From Selaginella moellendorffii (lineage: Eukaryota; Plantae; Lycopodiophyta): a stretch of 64,000 bases of DNA. Of this stretch, positions 11,360 through 25,117 are shown in pieces. The stretch is from assembly GCF_000143415.4 (NCBI RefSeq), contig NW_003314289.1:317904-381903 (forward strand). Reading direction: 5' to 3'. How positions within the stretch are numbered: position 1 is the first letter of the stretch; every line of letters starts with the position of its first letter. The position numbers and the translations under genes were made by a program. Below the pieces are notes generated by a model that did no database searches, had not been told where the DNA came from, and worked only from the letters and a program-made list of their open reading frames with translations.

Positions 11360-14300
11360 ATTTCACCCAAAAGCTGACACGAGAAAGAGGAGCACTCGCC
11401 TGCGCCTGTGCCCAGTCCACACCACCACACGGCAAAAGTTTCGTTCCGAGTTGCTGTTTGACAAGTCTTTGCAAAGTGTGTGTAGTGAAATCAATATAGA
11501 CGGTGGAGTACGTGGTTCCATGCAATGACTTTAATTTCCATTTTACGCCAGGTGGTGTAATGCCGGTATATGGTCAAGCCAGGAAAAAAGAAAAGGAGAT
11601 ATACACAGACGCGTCATGTATGCAAAAACAGGATGGCTGAAGTGAGAGGTGCTTTGATTCTTTGCCAGTACTAGAGAAAGAGGTGAAGCTTCTTCTCGTT
11701 TTTGTCTGGAGGAGCTGTGCTTGGTACGCGTCTCTTGCAAAAGGACTAGAAACCAAAAGAGCTTTGTCACTGTCAGCGGGGTGTGTTGAATTACAAGCCA
11801 AGTCCTGGATGAACACAGATCCGGCAGCAGCAGCAGCAGGCGCAGCAGTGCTCAGTCCGTGTAATGAAGCTGAAATGGAAAAAGCTTGCCAAATGCTGCT
11901 GTGCGTGTACAGCGAGAGAACAGTTCCCCAAAACCACGCTCCTTGTTCCATTCGGAAGCGTGGAGAGATTAGCTACAAGAGGAAGAGACCAAGAAGCAAG
12001 AGTGATATTCCCAGGGCCCTGTACCAGTGCGAATAATTACGGGTGTCTTTCAGTATTCTATGTGAGTCATCTGCGTACACAGCATCACCACGCAGGGCGA
12101 TCAGGCAAGAAAATGTGTGCTTGCAATCGCTCATCCTCACGGGATCTTATATTATTCTGAAAGGTGGTACAGAGTTTCTGTTTTTTCTTTCTAGAAAATC
12201 AAATTGAAACAGATAGCTAGAGTCCGACTGCGACCCGAAAAAGACCCCGCTCTCCCTCTCTCTCTAGTTCTCGTGAATCCGCCGTGCTTAATGAGCACAC
12301 GGCTTACATCACGGGAATTCAAGTGATGGAAACTTGCCCCACCCATTTTTTTCTGAGAAGCAGCAGCAACAAGTCCCACTCAAAACACCCAGTAAAGGAA
12401 GACGACTCGGGTGGTGCTATCTATCTTTCAATCCATCCATCGCTTTCTCACACACAATCTCCACGCAGGCAGACGCCGTCTGGAGCGTAGTGCATCGTTT
12501 CCTAGGCTGCAGAAAGAGAATCAGAAAACGATAAGCTATTTACTATACTATATAGCCTCTGTATGCATACCTCTTTCTAAGTTGATCCTAAACCAGTAAG
12601 AGTTTCCGTTTCCAATCTTTTCGCTTGTTTGTCTCTTAAAAACTGGGGTGACATCCTCGTGCGTCTGACCAGGGATCACGTAATGCAAATGGTACGACAT
12701 GACAAAACAGACCATAGTGTTGTATAATAAATTCAAATACTATATTGATATTTCTATGAAAGGAAATAGATTTTTATGAGTGGTCCAGGCCTCACAGCTT
12801 TCCAGGCTCTCAACTTCACGTCTCGAGCTCTCGCCTGTGCACGGGTAGTGTGTCAAGACCCAGTGCATAGAGAATTACTTGTGATGGGGCGTGGCTTCTA
12901 CTCAACTGACAACGATGATAGGAAGAAAAGGTGGCGGTGGTGGTGGTAGCCATCGCCAGTTGGCTTGACAAGGTTCTTTATCATCAAGAGAACAATTCCA
13001 TGATCCATTTGGACGAGAAAGAGAGAGAGAGAGAGAGAGGGTCCCTCAAGTTTCATTAAAGCTACGCTAGGCCGGGCGGGAGAGGGGGGCGAGCCAAAGA
13101 AACGCAAAGCAAACAAAGCCAGAGAGTAGACGCGAGAGAAGGAAACAAACAAACAAGGGATGATCAGCGCATCGTTTCCCACAGGGACCACAGCTTTCTT
13201 CATTTGGTTTTTTTACGTGGAGAGAATGGTGCCATTACCTTTTTACAAAGATTTTATTTTATTTTTTTACTTGTGCTTTTTGCTGTTGACGGATCAGCTT
13301 TCAATGAATCCCTTTTTTTGTATCGACTCTTACTTTGTTCAGGCCTGTAGGTGGCAGATTGTTGTGTGCTACGGAACCAAACCACGCCTCAATAAGAATT
13401 GATAGCAAAGTACTACAAGGATTTGTTTTTGTTTTCTTACTGTTTTCTTTTTCCCTTTTTAATAAAAAAAGAAGAAAATTTATAATAGGGGGACATGGGA
13501 AGTTCTCGTATGCATTCAATGACTTCTCCTATCTAGCTACTTTGGATGTGAGCGATGTGTCGGACCGAAAAGAACCCAGGGATTCCAGACGTGGACTCGG
13601 GCCTCTCTTTTACTCTAATGTTTCTGAAAGAGAGATGCACGAAGCAACTTGCTTAGATCAATGTTCAATTCGCCCTCGATTGCAACATGTGAAGGAGTTC
13701 TCCACTAAGTTGCGGACACATTCAAGGATTTCTTTTTCCCACAACCTTTTTTTCTCGCTTTTTTATTTATTATTATTTATTATTCCGGGTCACGGTCTGC
13801 AACTGTGAGCTTATACGTGAGGAGGAAATCGCCAGCAAACTTCCCATGACATTTCTTCGTGTGCTGTTGTTGTTTTCACGAAGATGTTGCTGGTGCTGCT
13901 TTGGCTTGCTGGTCCCGGCTGGCTAGTCAGGATTGGATCCACTTAACTTAATTACTGGGATTTCGATCCAAGCAATGGAGAAGCGACACAAAATCCCACC
14001 CAACTTGTCTAGACAATGAAGTTGCTGTCAATCACACAAGTTGAGGTTGCTTTAACTAGGATCAAGAATCACAAAGGGGGGAGGAAAGAAAAAGAGGGCA
14101 AATGAAGACCTCCAGTGTCACAACAAGAGCATGAATCCATTCATTTTCCTCAGTTAGAGGATTATAGTTTAGTAGCTCCTAGCACACCACCAGCATAACT
14201 TGTCAAGATCACTTTGGGGGCAAAAATAAATTGGACAGATACCACCAACACTTCCTTAGTGATATTCTATACATAAGTTGGAAGCATAGGACCATGGGGG

Positions 14301-16745
14301 CGCTGCAAGACCCTGTATACAATATATGAATGGATGAATGAATATGCAAATAAAGTGGTAGTACATGAGAATAATAATCACACACACCACACCCACACAC
14401 ATCACACACACACACACAAAGTCTTACAGGCAGCAGCAAGCACTAAGACAGGAATAAAAAATTTTCTATAATGCAAGCCACAAAGAAAGTGCAAAGCTAC
14501 CTAATACTCAAAAAAAGCATCAACCTACACACACCAACACACACAAGCGCACACACCCACACACACACTCTAGCCAGCAAAAGCAGAGAAAGTTGTGTAC
14601 CGTGCCAATACTTACACATGACTCTTATGTATCTTGGACCCAAAGATATGCCACAGATTGAGGGTGATCCCACTATATGTTTGAAGTTGGTGGTGGATGT
14701 GATAATGCAGGGCATGCTGCTTGCTTTGCTCATGCCTCTGGCATGAACAACAGCAATAGCAGCACCACCAACAGTTAATTTATAGAGTTTAAGTTTTGCA
14801 TTTTCGTGAGCTGCTACAAACAAGACCTAGAGTTTTCTAATGACTTTTTTTCTTTTTTCTAGATAAACAGCTATATGCATAAATTTCTTGGTTCCAGAAC
14901 CCCCCAGTGCAAGGAAGCAACAGCAGCAGTGTCAGCAAAAGTAGCAAGTGTAGGGCAGCATCAATGATTTATTCTCAAAGGAGTGTGTCAGTCCAGGAGG
15001 GGGGCCAGAGCCAGGCCAGGATCTGAAAGCAGGAGAGTACAGTGGTGTGAGGGGAACAAGTGTAGCACTGGCATTGTCTTCTGTGTACGAACTGTTGACA
15101 GACAGCCTGATTTATGCATTTTTGGAAAAGCTTACAATTTCTTTTCCATTATTATATTTATGAGATTTCAGGAACTGGATAGCAGCACATTGATCCATGA
15201 GGATCCTTCTTGACAGTTGCTTGTATAGGGAAACTGAAAAATTAAAAGAAAAATAAAATAAAAATAAAGAAAAGATGGAAAGGAATTGGCCTCATTTGAC
15301 AGGAAGAAGATGGGACCCTACAGAATCCAATTTACTTTTTTGGCCCACTACAAGACCAAGGTATAGCAGTCCAGATTTTCAACTTAAAATGTGAGCCAAA
15401 TGATTTTGCCCTGCATTTAAAGCAGCGGCACAGGAGAATAGTTCCTTTCACAAGGAACAAGTCTCCCAATCCAATCCCTTTCTTGCCTTTTCCTTGTATG
15501 TTTTTGGTATGGAATGGTAAATGTAAATAGCTTTGGACTGCAGTGGAGGGACCTCTGTGTTTGTGTTGTGGATTGGATTGCCCTGTTGCTGAAAACAGGA
15601 GCAGAAGAAACAGGAGCAGCAGCAGCAGCAGCAGCAGCAGGACCTTCAACCTACTCCTTCAAACCCCACCAACAAAGAACCAAGAAAGAAAACCAAAAGT
15701 AAACAAGAGGAGAGTCCACGAAGGCACAGAAAGTTTCTACCTAGGATTAGGAGTAGGATGCCATTCCTGCTTGTCAATGTATTGCTTTGGCATTGCACAA
15801 TCTGCTGCACTCCCACCCAGACCCTACCCAACATGGAATATGGAACCTCACCACTCAGTCCATTCTGCATCCACTGCTCAATAATGCTGGACACTACCAG
15901 CCTGGTTTTGGAATTTTCTCTTTTTTCACAATGTTTGAGTCCCATGTGGCAGACACGTGGTGCTGATGCTGGCTGCCACATAGGAGTCCGGAATTAAATA
16001 TATATATATATAGCACAACACAATCTGTCTTCTCTGCACAACACCTTTCTCAATTTGGATCTCAGCTCTAGCCAGCATCAATGGTCGCCATTCATAAATG
16101 TTAGATTCCTCGCAATCCAAACGGTTTCCTCCGCTCTTTGTTTCCTGGGAGATCGTCTCCTCCACCACCCGGGCCTTGGTGGTTTTTTTGCTTTTAAAGT
16201 GATGTCACAGCCGACTAGTGGTGGTGTCGCTGCCCATTCAATTCACTCCATTCCAGTTCTTACCCAGTGCCCCATTTTTTTAATTTCTCTCCCTTTCCTT
16301 CCTGTCGAGAGGGCCGCTGCAAATTTTCTTTCCCTTTCTCTCTGGCCATACAAGTCCATTCGTCCAGACCTAGACCCAGACCCAGCTCGATTGATTGGTT
16401 TGACAAATGCAGCAAGAAAACAAAGGCGCTCTTGGGCAGCAGCAGCTTTCACTCAATCTCTCACTCACGCTCGCTCACACTCACAATGAAACTTGGAGCT
16501 CCCTCCCCACTGGGTGCTCTGTGGCCCCCCTCTTGAGTAGAAAAAAAACGAAAGCACCGTGTGTTTGAATGGGACGGATATTCTCCCCCCCCCCGTCCGT
16601 ACTAGGGCACGGCCTTGGCGCCACGTGTACGGCCCCCCCGGGACGTACGCGCTTGTCGCAATCATTGCAACAACCCCAATGATGATGCAATCTCCCGACG
16701 CTTTCTACCCAAAAACTATTCACCGGCACCACACATCAATATGAT

Positions 16746-16748
<3 letters not shown>

Positions 16749-16787
<39 letters not shown>

Positions 16788-16791
16788 ACAC
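16749..16791. repeat. (CA)n microsatellite
   Basis: Direct reading of the sequence. Confidence 0.9.
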
Positions 16792-18123
16792 TCCCTCTGT
16801 GAGAGTGACGCTGATTGGGCGACGCGACTCCCACGCAGTCAAAGCTACCTAGAAATTTTGCTTTTCCGGGAATTAAAAATTTCGGAAATTTCCGGAAAAG
16901 TAAATAGAAAGAAATCGGTAGAAAAATATTCTCTCGCTGTCTCGGCGTGGGGGCGTGGTTAAATTTGCCACGCCCGCGTTGTTTTAATCTTATCAAAGAA
17001 TCGGCGAGTCCGCTCCTTAATTTGGGCTTGAAACACCAACTTCGCCGCGAAAATGTATGAGAAAAAGCATGGAAAAACAATACAACCTCATGCAACACAC
17101 CCAGTGGCCACGTGGCCCGCTGGCCCTAATTGGAATATACGCCACCTCTAATTCGGAAACAAAAAGGCAGCTCTCTTTAAAAAATGTCGTAGTTGCCCTA
17201 ATTATCGGCGGCATTTTTACGGTAGGTTAGCGCGTACGGTTAAAACCGCAAGAAGGAAAATAAAATTGACGGCATGCGGGGGTCATTTCCCCATGCGTGG
17301 AGGCGCCGCCCTCTCTTTGCCGTTTGGACCACTCCCAATAACATCAGCGCGTAACGTACCGGTCGTACGCTCGGACTTTGTGCCAGTGGCCCAATTCCAT
17401 ACGCCAAGTAATGGGGCCATACGGCGTATGGGTGACCAGATTTAGTTGGTGTTTGGAAAGCGTTAAGTTTAGCGGCAGTCCTTAAGTTACAAAGTTAAAA
17501 AGGCTATCTTTTTTTTTTTTTCTTTAGGGACCCCGCCAAAGTTTTAAGCGCTTAATAGGAAATCTTATATGTGTGGGGGCGAAGAATAGAGAGAAGAGAA
17601 AGAAGGCGCTATAGAGTAGAGGAAAAAAAAGAAAGGGCTCTCTCTCTCTCTCTCTCGCCTCTATCGGCGCCTTGGCGGTGCGCGCAGCGATTCCATCGTC
17701 TCCTTCTCTTTTCCTGGAATCGATCGCTGGGCACTGAAATCGTGGCGCTGTGACGACGCCGAATCCGGGGGGACGCGCAGTCTTGCATGATTCTTGAGCG
17801 CCGCGGCGGGATTGAAAGCGCGCAAGATTTCGCCATTCCAAGAGGGGAGCCGATCAAGATTGTGGGAATTCTTGTTCCAGCGTTTGCTATCGGCCGCAAG
17901 AACGCGTGGATGGAAAGAAGCATTCCATCGGCGGGCCTGTGATTGATTGGTGGCGAGGGTTTAGAACAGGGCTCGCAATCGCTTCGCGGCCGCGGCTAGA
18001 AAGCTCCTAGGTAGGCATAATTTCCTCTCCTTGCCGATGGTTCTCAATGCCGCTTCCAGATCTCGTGCCCGGCATTGAATCAAGATCGCAGCGACTCTGG
18101 AAGCCAGAATCCCGCAGAAAAGA

Positions 18124-19521
18124 ATGGCTGTCCAGGCGCAGTATCCATCCACGATCCCGGTGGCCGATTTTCGCGTGAGGTTTGTGATCTCCTCTCCCGG
18201 ATCCGCGAGCGCGAATTTACATCTTGATGTTTGTGGAACAGGGCGAGGCAAGTTTTCGCTGCGAATGGAAGCAAGAATCCATTCCCCTACATCGTGTCGG
18301 GGACGCCGCACGAGGATGTCCAATTCCAGCTCATGAGCGCCGCGCCCGGGGTCGTGAACCAGATCGCACACATGAATTCAAGTAAGTGTCTCCCGGGATC
18401 GATCGTTTTGCTACTTTCCTTGCATGTTTTTAGGTTGTGTTCTTGCATTGTTTCGCTTTGCGCGTCTCTGAGATGGGTGTGCGTGTAGTTGCAGGATCAG
18501 CGCCAGTCCAGCAAAGTGGTGCTCAATTCACGGACGAGTTCGTGTGTGGCATCAATGGTTCCAACAAGAGACCCAGGCAATCGGAGTTTCTTCCAGCGCA
18601 TCAGCACCATTTACAGCATCAGCAGCAGCAGCAACAACAGCACCCACCATCGCAGCAGCAGCAGCAGCATCAACAGATTGTCCATGACTTTCATCGTCCG
18701 TCCGTGTCCACGATGCCTGTCTCTGGCGCTCCCAATACCGGAGTCTCGACAGGCCTCCGCCTGGCCTTCCCGGACGACCGCTTGTCAAGCACAGCACCAT
18801 CCGGTTGTGGGAAATTAGAGCTCAATTCCACGACGGGGCTGTCGATGCTGGTGGAGGAGATTGCGATTGAGCTGCAGCGGCAAAGAGACGAGATCGAGCA
18901 GTTGATGCGAGCTCAGGTTAGTTGTGTCTTATTTTCCTAGTTCTTTGAGTCTCAAACTGACGGACCAATCGCTGCGCTTGGCAGGAAGAGCAAATGAGAA
19001 GAGCCATCGAGGAGAAACAGCAGCAGCAATCCAGAGCGCTGCTGAACTCGGTGGAGCGATTCGTAGCGCGGCGGCTTCGCGAGAAGGACATAGAGATGGA
19101 GAAGATCAACCGCAGGAACATGGAGCTGGAGGAGCGGGTGAAGCAATTGACGGTGGAGGCGCGGCTGTGGCAGAACAAGGCCAAGAACGGGGAGATGATG
19201 GTGGCGAGCCTCCGGAGCAATCTCCAGCAGGCGGTGGCGCTGAGCCGCGAACAGAGCAGGGAGGGGGTCGGGGACACGGACGCCGACGACGCGGAGTCGT
19301 CCCACCCGGACGACGCCGCGGACGATCACGCACGGACTTACAAGGAGAACAAGGAACTCCGGGAGAAGCGGACTTGCAGAGTATGCCGGTCCAACGACGT
19401 GTGCATACTTTTGCTCCCGTGCAGGCATCTGTGCCTGTGCAAAGAGTGTGAGGCGCGCTTGGACACTTGCCCGCTGTGTAGACACTCCAAGAACGCGAGC
19501 GTCCAAGTGTATATGTCGTGA
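18124..19521 (+). CDS. BOI-related / S-RNase-binding protein (SBP) family RING E3 ligase, 4 exons
   Basis: Conserved start MAVQAQYPS, VSTGLRL motif, coiled coil and C-terminal RING CRVC...CILLLPCRHLCLCKECEARLDTCPLC. Exons ~18124-18179, 18242-18381, ~18489/18495-18916, 18985-19521, all GT-AG. Confidence 0.93.
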
Positions 19522-21820
19522 CGAGGGGCCGTCACGCTGGTCAGGCAGGCAGGCAGGCGGGGGGGATAGGTTCTCACAGGGGTCTCGTCTCACAGGAGGT
19601 CTGCAAGGGATGGAAAACGCAGCAGTGGCTCTGGCACAGGCAGGCAGGGATTTTCTTTTTGGGGAAGGCAGGCATGGTTTGTAGCTGCGAAGTTTTAGGC
19701 GGAGGAGGACGTAAGTTTTGAGTGTAGTTGTTGCGTGAGAGCTCAACAAAGCAACAAGGCGGCCAAAGCAGGGTGGTGGAGAAGAATCCGGGCACAGGAA
19801 AAGCAAAAAAAAGAAGGATGGGGAGTGGAAAGTTTGTCCATGGCATAATGTCGTCGATCGATTCTTGGAGGTGGTGGTGGTGCTTGTGGAGATTTGTGGG
19901 GAACAGGGACAGAGTATACAAGTTCTCTCGCCTTTATTTTTTTCCTGCGGGAAAAAGAAAGGCGGGGCATCCTCCACAGGCATCGGCTCGAGTGACGCGA
20001 CAGGTTTTGTTGCATCACACAGGGATGGATGGACTTGGACTTTTCTTCCTCGAGACTCGACAGGGAACACACACACACACACACACTCTGGAATGGTTGG
20101 CGGCTTCTTCCCATGACTCGCTTGATGCTCTCGGGCGATGGATCGATCGATCGATCGATCGATCGTCTTCGTTCGTGATCGTGATCGGGATCGATGGGTC
20201 GCTCGCCGTCTCTGGTGGGATTCGAGTGGAGTCGCAGTCATGGATTGGATCCAGCCGAGGAAGACGAGGGCAAAGATGCGCCCAGGAAAAAGTTGGTCGT
20301 CGTTACGCAACGCAGCAACACTGTGGATTGGATGGATGGGTGTGTAAAAACGAGACGCAGCAGCGCTTGCTTGGATTGGATAGAAAGAAAAGAAAGAAAA
20401 AAAAGAAGAAGACGTTTCTCGGCAGAAAAGAGTAGAGAAAGAGCGAGCAATTTGTCTTCCCGAGTGGAGAATGTACATAGGCCGAAACTTTGATAATGTG
20501 AGACCATCTCTAGAAAAAAAATTTGGAAAAATAGCGGAAAAGAACAAGGCATCGTCTTGTTTGACTCTACCTCTAGCCGTGTTTAAGTATTCTTTTGTTT
20601 CTTAGCGCTAATTGGGCTTGTTTAATTGCCTGGCACATTGCACGATTGGTTTGTATTCTTATGTTGCAACAGGCACCAACATGAGATCTGCAAGCAACAG
20701 TGTGTGTTTGCGATTTATTATTAATAAAATGCAAATTATATAAATCTTTTCAATGTTTTTTAATTTTTGTTTTGATTGATTGATAGTCTGTTCTTTTTTT
20801 TGTCCATGGGACACTAGAATATAAGATATAATTGCTAGACGATATGGAAACTCTACCACTGGAGTTTTTAAAGGGAACAAAAATATCAGTTGGATTTGTC
20901 GTCCCACCCCGGCCTTTTCCTCGCCATTGAATGGAAATTGGGACGAGTTTTCCTCTGGGTTGAACAAGACAAACAATGCTTTTCCTTCGATCCAGAAAAT
21001 TAAAAATTAAAACTATAAATAAATAAAATTGAGTTGCAAAGTGTGAAATGGGATAAGAGTCTAGAGGATTTGCTTGCCATCTCTCTTTTGTGGGGGCCTC
21101 CAATTCAATCCAAACAATGGTGGGGTGATGGTGGTGGTGGTGTAGTGGTGTGGTGGAGAGATCATAGATTTGCATGCCTTGACAAAATCACACAACCCAC
21201 ATTGTTTGTCCAGCACATGAAATAGAACAATTCCAGGTATTTTATTAGAAAAAAAAAGCACTAATTTCCCCACTTTTATCCTTTTTTCTAAAGACAAAAG
21301 CCCTTCCACCGCATCAGAGGTGTGAACAAGTTATTGGTCGAGGAAATGATGAATCGATTCAATTCATTCGCTCGTCTCTTTGCCGATTTCGTGTCCTGTT
21401 TTGATTTTAAAAATATTCAGTATAAAAAATAAAAAAGAAATTGAGTATATGAGAATAAAATAAAAAATAAAAAATAAAGAAAAAGAAAATGCTTGTGATG
21501 TGTTTTGGTTTGGTTTGGGTCCTACTCACAAAACCAACAAAGAAAAAAAAGCGAGACACCCCTTCATGTAATGGATGAACTTCCCGTGTTCTCACAAAAG
21601 CCACGAAAGAAAAGAGAGGAAAAAATAAAAGGGAATCAATTGGAGGGGATGGCTACAAACGATTTTGGCGGGCTGCCAATAAAAGTGGGTCTCTTCTCTC
21701 GCGCCATCAAACGTAATCCATTCCAAAACATTCAAATTCTGGGACTTGGCGCCAGATGGAGATTTTAGGGTTCTAGCAGAAAATTTATTTAGGGTTTACA
21801 GGGTTCTCTCTGTCTCGGGG

Positions 21821-22679
21821 ATGGGAGACCGGGCGACGCTCCATCGGCTGTGGGAGAAATGGGCGCTGCCATTCATCTCCGTCTCAGGTAGACAGACGCC
21901 ATCGCGCGAGCGATTGCGCATTTGATTTCTTTGCGATTTTGCGCAGGAGATAAGCCTCTTACAGGCGCCGCGCTGATCAATGTATCCGCCGATCGGCCAT
22001 CGCGCTTCTACACATTGATGTGAGTAAGCGGAGCTTTTCCTTTGCAGCTCTGATTCTTTTGCTTTACTGTTGCTGTGAATTGATTCGAGCGAGAGAAACT
22101 CGTTTTGACTCTTTAATGTTTGTGATGGATTTTTTGTGGTTGGAACGTTACAGTGTCGAGCAAGAGGTGCTCTCCTTTAAGCCCTCGGGCATGCGGCCCA
22201 TGATGGAAGCCATTAGAAACAATTCGCTCCACACGGACTACTTCTACATTGGACCCGATAAGTGTACGTGAGAGTTCTTCTTTCATGTTTTCCTTCTTGT
22301 ATTTCTTTCCCGGGATTAGCCCTTCCTGATAGAGTTCTTCGACGACGTTTTGGTTTTGGTTTCCTTGTTCTATTACTCTAACCGTAGCGCTGATACACTT
22401 GCAAACAGATCTAGTTACTGCGATCTTGGAGAACGTCTACTGCGCACGTTGCGTGAATGCCAGGAACTTAAGTGGTTGCGGGGTCATAATTTCTCGTCAC
22501 GCACCTTTCATTATAATAGCCACGTAAGTGAAGAACTTGCAAACCTCCTCCTCCTCCTTTGCTTACACATTTATCATCGTGGCAACAACAACAGGTACGA
22601 GGGCGCTGTTTGTGAGGCGTGTAAGGCTGCCGAAGTTGTTGAGTCGTTCCTGGACCAACTCTCGCAGGCTGTTGCATGA
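21821..22679 (+). CDS. Plant profilin-like protein (divergent profilin-family protein), 5 exons
   Basis: Manual splicing gives MGDRATLHRLWEKWALPFISVSGDKPLTGAALIN...PSRFYTLIVEQE...YFYIGPDKYLVTAILENVYCARCVN...FIIIATYEGAVCEACKAAEVVESFLDQLSQAVA*. This resembles the Arabidopsis 'profilin family protein' type (WEKW...PLKAALLINY...ENWFSARC). Confidence 0.75.
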
Positions 22680-22894
22680 GTTTGCGCCGCAACGTGTTAC
22701 TTACGACAGCGCAGACCTCGTTTTTAATTCAATTCTGGAGCACCAGTCACCGATTTTCTATCGCAGGTGAACAACCATTCTACTGACAGGCTTTGTTTTT
22801 CTGGCCGCATCCTTTTCTGTAGGGACATTCCAGCGGCAGGCGCGACTTTGCTGTTTTGTACGTGAGGAAGTTTATTTTTTGGAGCTTTCCTATT

Positions 22895-24857
22895 CTATTC
22901 CGCTGATTTTTCAACATTGATGTATCTGTAGGTGACAGCGCAGATCAGGAAGTAACCGAAGTTTAGAACCGAGATTCCTGCCATCACCCAGAAGAAGAGA
23001 TCGAGGCGGCCTTGGTTTAAGTTCCGCGGCAGCCACTCTCCTTGTTGCGTGACGTCGTTCAAAACGGTCACTGTGAGTGTGCTGAGGTAGTTGCCAACAG
23101 CGACACTGGCCATTGACAACGCACTCCCGATCCCTCTCACGCCGTCCGGGGCCTGGTCGTAGAAGAACTCGGTTTGAGCTACGTACGTGAAAACCTCCGC
23201 TAAACCAGACAAGACGTATTGCGGCACTTGCCAGAAGATTGTCATGGGAACAGTCGAGACGGCATCAGCGGCGAGGTGGTGTTCTCGTACTACCTGAAGC
23301 CGTTTCCTTTCAACTCCAGCAGCCACCATCATAGCGACTATCAGGATGACATTTCCGATGCCCATTCTTTGGAGGATGGTTATACCTCTCTGGTTTCCAG
23401 TCACCTTTCGTAGACTTGGGACGAGAAGCTTCTCGTACAGAACAGTGGCGGCGATGACTGCTAGAGTGTAGAAAGTGTAGAGCGACGCCGGTGACAGGTG
23501 CAGCAGTCCAAACTTGTTATCCATGCAAGCGCCTTGCTCGACAAACGTGGTGGTCACCTGAGCTTCAACCATCTGGTATATACAGGAGCTGATCCAGAGA
23601 GGCACCATCAGGACGATACACTTGACCTCTTCGACTTGAGTTACAGTGCACAGCTTCCATCGGCTGACTTCACCACCATGGTCCTGCTCCGTTCGCGTTG
23701 CCGCTTTGTCAAGGAAGCTGTTCCATGAAGCTCTCGTCAATATGTGGAAAACAGGCTAGTCTACCTTAGGCGGTTACTGTGGAAAATTCGCCTCCCAACG
23801 GTGTCCGAGGAACTGGCCTCGTGCAAAAGGGAACTGTCTGTCGGTACAGGTACTTCCCATTTTCTAACAGCTGCTACAACAACCTGAATGGCACGACGAA
23901 ACGGATTTCCTCCCGGCCTGAAGTGCCTATAGGACGTGATACCGGCTATGAACGTAAGTCCTGCCAGTCCGATAGCGAGAGTGGAAATGCCGTAGCCGAT
24001 GGCATAGCTGTGGTTTACTTCCACGTATGACAAGATCACGGTCACGAAGAGCGAGCCTAGTAAAGATGCGACGAGGAAGTAGCTGAAGAAGGAGCTCTTG
24101 TTCCGGCTTTCCGGTGGATATCCATCCTCGAATTGATCGGCCCCCAATGCGAACATGCATGGCTGGTGTCCTCCAGCTCCGAGTGCCGAGATATAGAGGG
24201 CGGTGTACAGGAAAGTTCTTTTTCCGGCTGATGCTGGGGGACATTTGGATACGTCGCCCGAGCTGCACAAGGATCTGAACGATGGTAATGCGGATTGGAC
24301 CGTGAGAAGCAGCGTCCCCTGTAAGTCGACGATCTTATCGCGTTTTCTACATACGACTGATTTCATGTATCTTTACCAGGAAGTGAATGGCAACGAACAG
24401 CACTGAAGCCCAGTATCTTCCGAGGTATGCGTCTCCAATGAATGCCCCGATCAAAGCAGTTGCATATGAAGTTCCCACCCAATTAGTTGCTGCATTTGCT
24501 GCTGCACCGTTGCTGAGATTCAGCGACTTCATCAAGTACAGAACCAGATTTGTAGCGACTCCAAAGTACGTTATAGTCCCGAGAACTTGATAGCCTGAGG
24601 AACAGAAGAAGCTAGAACTGAGTAGAAACAACATAAAGTACCTAGAACAAACTTGGCAGACTTCCAGCCGCCTGTGGATGATCTCCTGGCTGGATTTCCG
24701 AAAACATCGACGGATCCATCTTTGGTAAAGTCGCATCCAGCTTCGACTTCCAAGCTAATCTGTTTCCTGTTTTCAGGTCGATGCACATATCAAACGAACT
24801 TACATCGGAGTTCTTGGTGTCACCAAGCCGAACGGAGACGCAGTGTGGCTCTTCCAT
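22895..24857 (-). CDS. NPF/PTR family transporter, NPF7-like, 4 exons
   Basis: DGSVDVFGNP..TGGWK, NLVLYL, IGAFIGDAYLGRYW, ALGAGGHQPC..LGADQF, WKLCTVTQVEEVK, FWQVPQY, EFFYDQAPD, NLNQGRLDLFFW. Confidence 0.93.
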
Positions 24858-25117
24858 GAAACTTTCCTAAACAACTTCTTGGAGGAACAACGCTGTTTTC
24901 AAGTTCGAAGGAGTCAGACCACCATAAAGGTGAGATCTGTAAGTTTAATTGACGACATGACGTCTCAACCGCAGGCTGGCTAGTGGAACAATGATCTAGA
25001 GTTTGATAACGTGCATATAAGCCGAAGATGAAGTCGGCTTCGATGACCATAGTGCCGACGAAAACCTCCTTGACCGCGAGTATGTTCCTGTTCTCTTCTC
25101 GACAACTTCTATAGAGA

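Noticed and set aside
13188-13200. 13-nt match to the miR396 core (CCACAGCTTTCTT); also an 11-nt miR171-like match at 14600-14610
   Set aside because: Partial matches only, and no complementary star arm or hairpin was found.
15332-15649. Minus-strand ORF with a poly-Leu signal-peptide-like start
   Set aside because: The poly-Leu derives from a (CTG)n microsatellite, the start codon is not ATG, and there is no recognisable peptide-hormone motif.
18952-20547. 531-aa minus-strand ORF
   Set aside because: Antisense to the GC-rich SBP exon and its repeat-rich 3' region; no domain features.
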